Shown here: one piece after another, positions 62,240-64,000 of the stretch
How the letters are laid out: every line of letters begins with the position of its first letter
Numbering within the stretch: position 1 is the stretch's first letter
Source of the DNA: an uncultured Bacteroidia bacterium
GTDB lineage: Bacteria; Bacteroidota; Bacteroidia; Bacteroidales; UBA932
Assembly (NCBI GenBank): GCA_902789245.1
Contig: CADAND010000010.1
Span: 9,323 to 73,322, forward strand
DNA length: 64,000 bases
Direction: 5' to 3'
Notes under the pieces: generated by a model
Database searches by the model: none
Seen by the model: only the letters and a program-made list of their open reading frames with translations
Told to the model about the DNA's origin: nothing
Translations under genes and position numbers: made by a program

Positions 62240-64000
62240 CTACTTTTTCTTAAAAAAAAGTGCTTTCTGTTCCTTTTTTTTCAACATATCTTTTTCGGTC
62301 CACACGGGCTTCATCGTACGGGGGTCCAGGCCGCTCCAGAACATCACCGAAGAGGTGGTCATAGGCGTGGGCATGAAGTCCTGCACCTGCTCCATCCAAA
62401 TCCCTTTCAGGCAGGGATTAGCCGCCAGGCGGCGCATGTCTTCAAGCCGGCAGCCGGGGTGCGAGGAGATGAAGTACGGGACCAGTTCGGTATGCGTGCC
62501 GTTCTCCCGGTTGATCTTGTCGAACTCCGTGCGCAGGCGCTCGAAGAGACGGAAAGAGGGCTTGCCCATATAGTGCAGCACCTTGTCCTCCGTGTGCTCC
62601 GGGGCCACCTTGAGGCGCCCCGACGTATGCTTGAGCATGAGTTCGCGCAGGTAGGGCTTGCCTGTCTCGTCGACGAATCCTTTCTCGTCGAGGAAGAGGT
62701 CGTAGCGCACACCGCTGCCGATGTAGCTGTGGCGCACGCCTTTGACGGCATCGACGGCGCGGTAGAGCTTGAGCACGCGCTCGTGCGAGCGGTCCAGGTT
62801 TGGGCAGGGGCCCGGGAAGAGACAGGACTGCCGGCGGCATTTCGCGCACAGGTCCGTGTTCTTGCCGTGCAGGCCGTACATGTTGGCCGTCGGCGCGCCG
62901 AGGTCGGAGATGTTGCCGTGGAATTCGGGCATGGCCGCCAGTTTGCGGACTTCCTCCAGGATGGAGCGCTCGCTGCGCGACTGGATGAATTTGCCCTGGT
63001 GAGCGGCGATCGTGCAGAAGTTGCAGCCGCCGAAGCAGCCCCGGTGCGTGATGATCGAGTCCTTGATCATGTCGTACGCCGGGATGCGCTTACCCTTGTA
63101 GCGGGGGTGCGGAAGTTTGGTGAACGGCAGGTCCCAGCAGGCGTCCATCTCCTCGGTCGTGGCGGGGGGATAGGGCGGATTCACCTGCACGTAGCCGTTG
63201 CCGACGGGCTCGACGAGCGTCTGCGCGTGAAGCACATTCGCCTGAATCTCTATTTCATGGAAATTCTCCGCAAACGCAACCTTATTCTTGCAACACTCTT
63301 CGAAAGAATGTAGCAGAATTGGCTCCGTTCCGCCGGAAAAGCCTCGCCGGACTTCGCTTCGCTCATCCCTCCCACTGCCTTCGGCAGCGGGCCCCTCCCA
63401 TTTACGAGGCCATGGGTGGCCACGGTCCTGCGAGGCTTTCCCGGTCGGAACTGCGCTGATTTTGCCCGTTTTGAAAAAAGCTAACTGAGGAATGGATTCG
63501 ATCTGCTTCCGGTTGCGGCCGGCTTCGATGGCGCGGGTAAGTTCGAGCATCGGCCGCTCGCCCATCCCGTAGCAGAGCCAGTCGGCACCGCTGTCCACCA
63601 GAATCGACGGCATCAGCCGGTCGTCCCAATAATCGTAGTGCGTCAGGCGGCGCAGGGAGGCCTCAACGCCACCGATCACGACGGGCACGTCGGGCCACAG
63701 CTGCTTGAGGATCTTCGTATAGACGGTCACGGCGCGGTCCGGCCGCTGCCCCGCCCTGCCCTCCGGCGTGTAGGCGTCGTCGTGGCGCAGGCGCTTCGCA
63801 GCGGTGTAGTGGTTGACCATGGAATCCATGGCCCCCGCGTTGACCGCGAAATACAGCCGCGGCGCGCCCAGCTTGCGGAAATCCCGCAGGTCGTCGCGCC
63901 AGTTCGGCTGGGGCACGACCGCGACGCGGTACCCGGCTTTCTCCAGGTACCGCGCGATGCAGGCCGTGCCGAAACTGGGATGGTCCACGAACGCATCTCC
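62240..64000 (-). CDS. ygiQ: YgiQ family radical SAM protein; N-terminus beyond right edge
   Basis: GDAFVDHPSFGTA at the window edge (frame open to 64000), DSMVNHYTAAKRLRHDDAYTP, radical-SAM cluster RGCFGGCNFCTIAAHQG, APEHTED. Confidence 0.9.
   Translation of the reverse strand, partial: GDAFVDHPSFGTACIARYLEKAGYRVAVVPQPNWRDDLRDFRKLGAPRLYFAVNAGAMDSMVNHYTAAKRLRHDDAYTPEGRAGQRPDRAVTVYTKILKQLWPDVPVVIGGVEASLRRLTHYDYWDDRLMPSILVDSGADWLCYGMGERPMLELTRAIEAGRNRKQIESIPQLAFFKTGKISAVPTGKASQDRGHPWPRKWEGPAAEGSGRDERSEVRRGFSGGTEPILLHSFEECCKNKVAFAENFHEIEIQANVLHAQTLVEPVGNGYVQVNPPYPPATTEEMDACWDLPFTKLPHPRYKGKRIPAYDMIKDSIITHRGCFGGCNFCTIAAHQGKFIQSRSERSILEEVRKLAAMPEFHGNISDLGAPTANMYGLHGKNTDLCAKCRRQSCLFPGPCPNLDRSHERVLKLYRAVDAVKGVRHSYIGSGVRYDLFLDEKGFVDETGKPYLRELMLKHTSGRLKVAPEHTEDKVLHYMGKPSFRLFERLRTEFDKINRENGTHTELVPYFISSHPGCRLEDMRRLAANPCLKGIWMEQVQDFMPTPMTTSSVMFWSGLDPRTMKPVWTEKDMLKKKEQKALFFKKK
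63327..63451. repeat. 125-bp inverted-repeat element embedded in frame in ygiQ
   Basis: Arms GTTCCGCCGGAAAAGCCTCGC (63327-63347) and GCGAGGCTTTCCCGGTCGGAAC (63430-63451); internal mini-hairpins CTGCCttcgGCAG and GGCCAtgggTGGCC. Confidence 0.6.

Noticed and set aside
1-64000. CRISPR arrays, rRNA operons, IS elements, integrases and prophage genes
   Set aside because: I read through both strands and the ORF track. I found no direct-repeat/spacer arrays, no rRNA-like conserved stretches and no DDE, tyrosine or serine recombinase motifs. The tmRNA/tRNA-Val locus has no adjacent integrase or att-like duplication that I could see.

Overview
High-GC (roughly 60% by eye) chromosomal segment that looks Bacteroidota/Bacteroidales. 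Supporting signs are TAnnTTTG -7 promoter boxes in front of most transcription units, no obvious Shine-Dalgarno sites, many lipoprotein signal peptides, type V pilin-like genes and GH9/GH95/GH97 enzymes. I call 59 protein-coding genes (two cut by the window edges), one tmRNA, tRNA-Val(TAC), tRNA-Ser(GGA), several rho-independent terminators and promoter boxes. I saw no rRNA, CRISPR array, integrase, transposase, reverse transcriptase or phage genes. Most of the window is housekeeping or metabolic: an iorAB plus two arylacetate-CoA ligase operon, glycerate kinase, Tex, Dtd, YgiQ, a ClC channel and several glycosyltransferases. The outstanding accessory locus is a translationally coupled six-gene minus-strand operon at 25.8-34.7 kb. 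It encodes an OmpA-like barrel with a coiled-coil linker, an Mfa2/FimB-like anchor, a fimbrillin-like subunit and three paralogous fimbrillin-N-domain lipoproteins. The C-termini of those three are DUF1566/FISUMP-type (C-type-lectin-like) modules, and one also carries about nine BspA-type LRRs. That scaffold is the kind DGRs diversify, but no RT or template repeat is in this window. Other points worth a second look: (1) a 125-bp inverted-repeat element sitting in frame inside ygiQ; (2) an orphan hypB/hypA pair split by a 941-aa Fe-S flavoprotein; (3) a BlaI - BlaR1::TonB_C - TPR - double-retropepsin operon; (4) a HigB-like and HigA-like pair separated by a secreted-protein gene; (5) an inverted duplication of GT4 genes including their promoters; (6) a structured 370-bp intergenic region with a 141-nt hairpin; (7) a tmRNA whose tag appears to end in YAC. 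All family names come from my own reading of motifs, and no database search was run. The many 100-850 aa ORFs antisense to the called genes are GC-driven shadow ORFs and were rejected.
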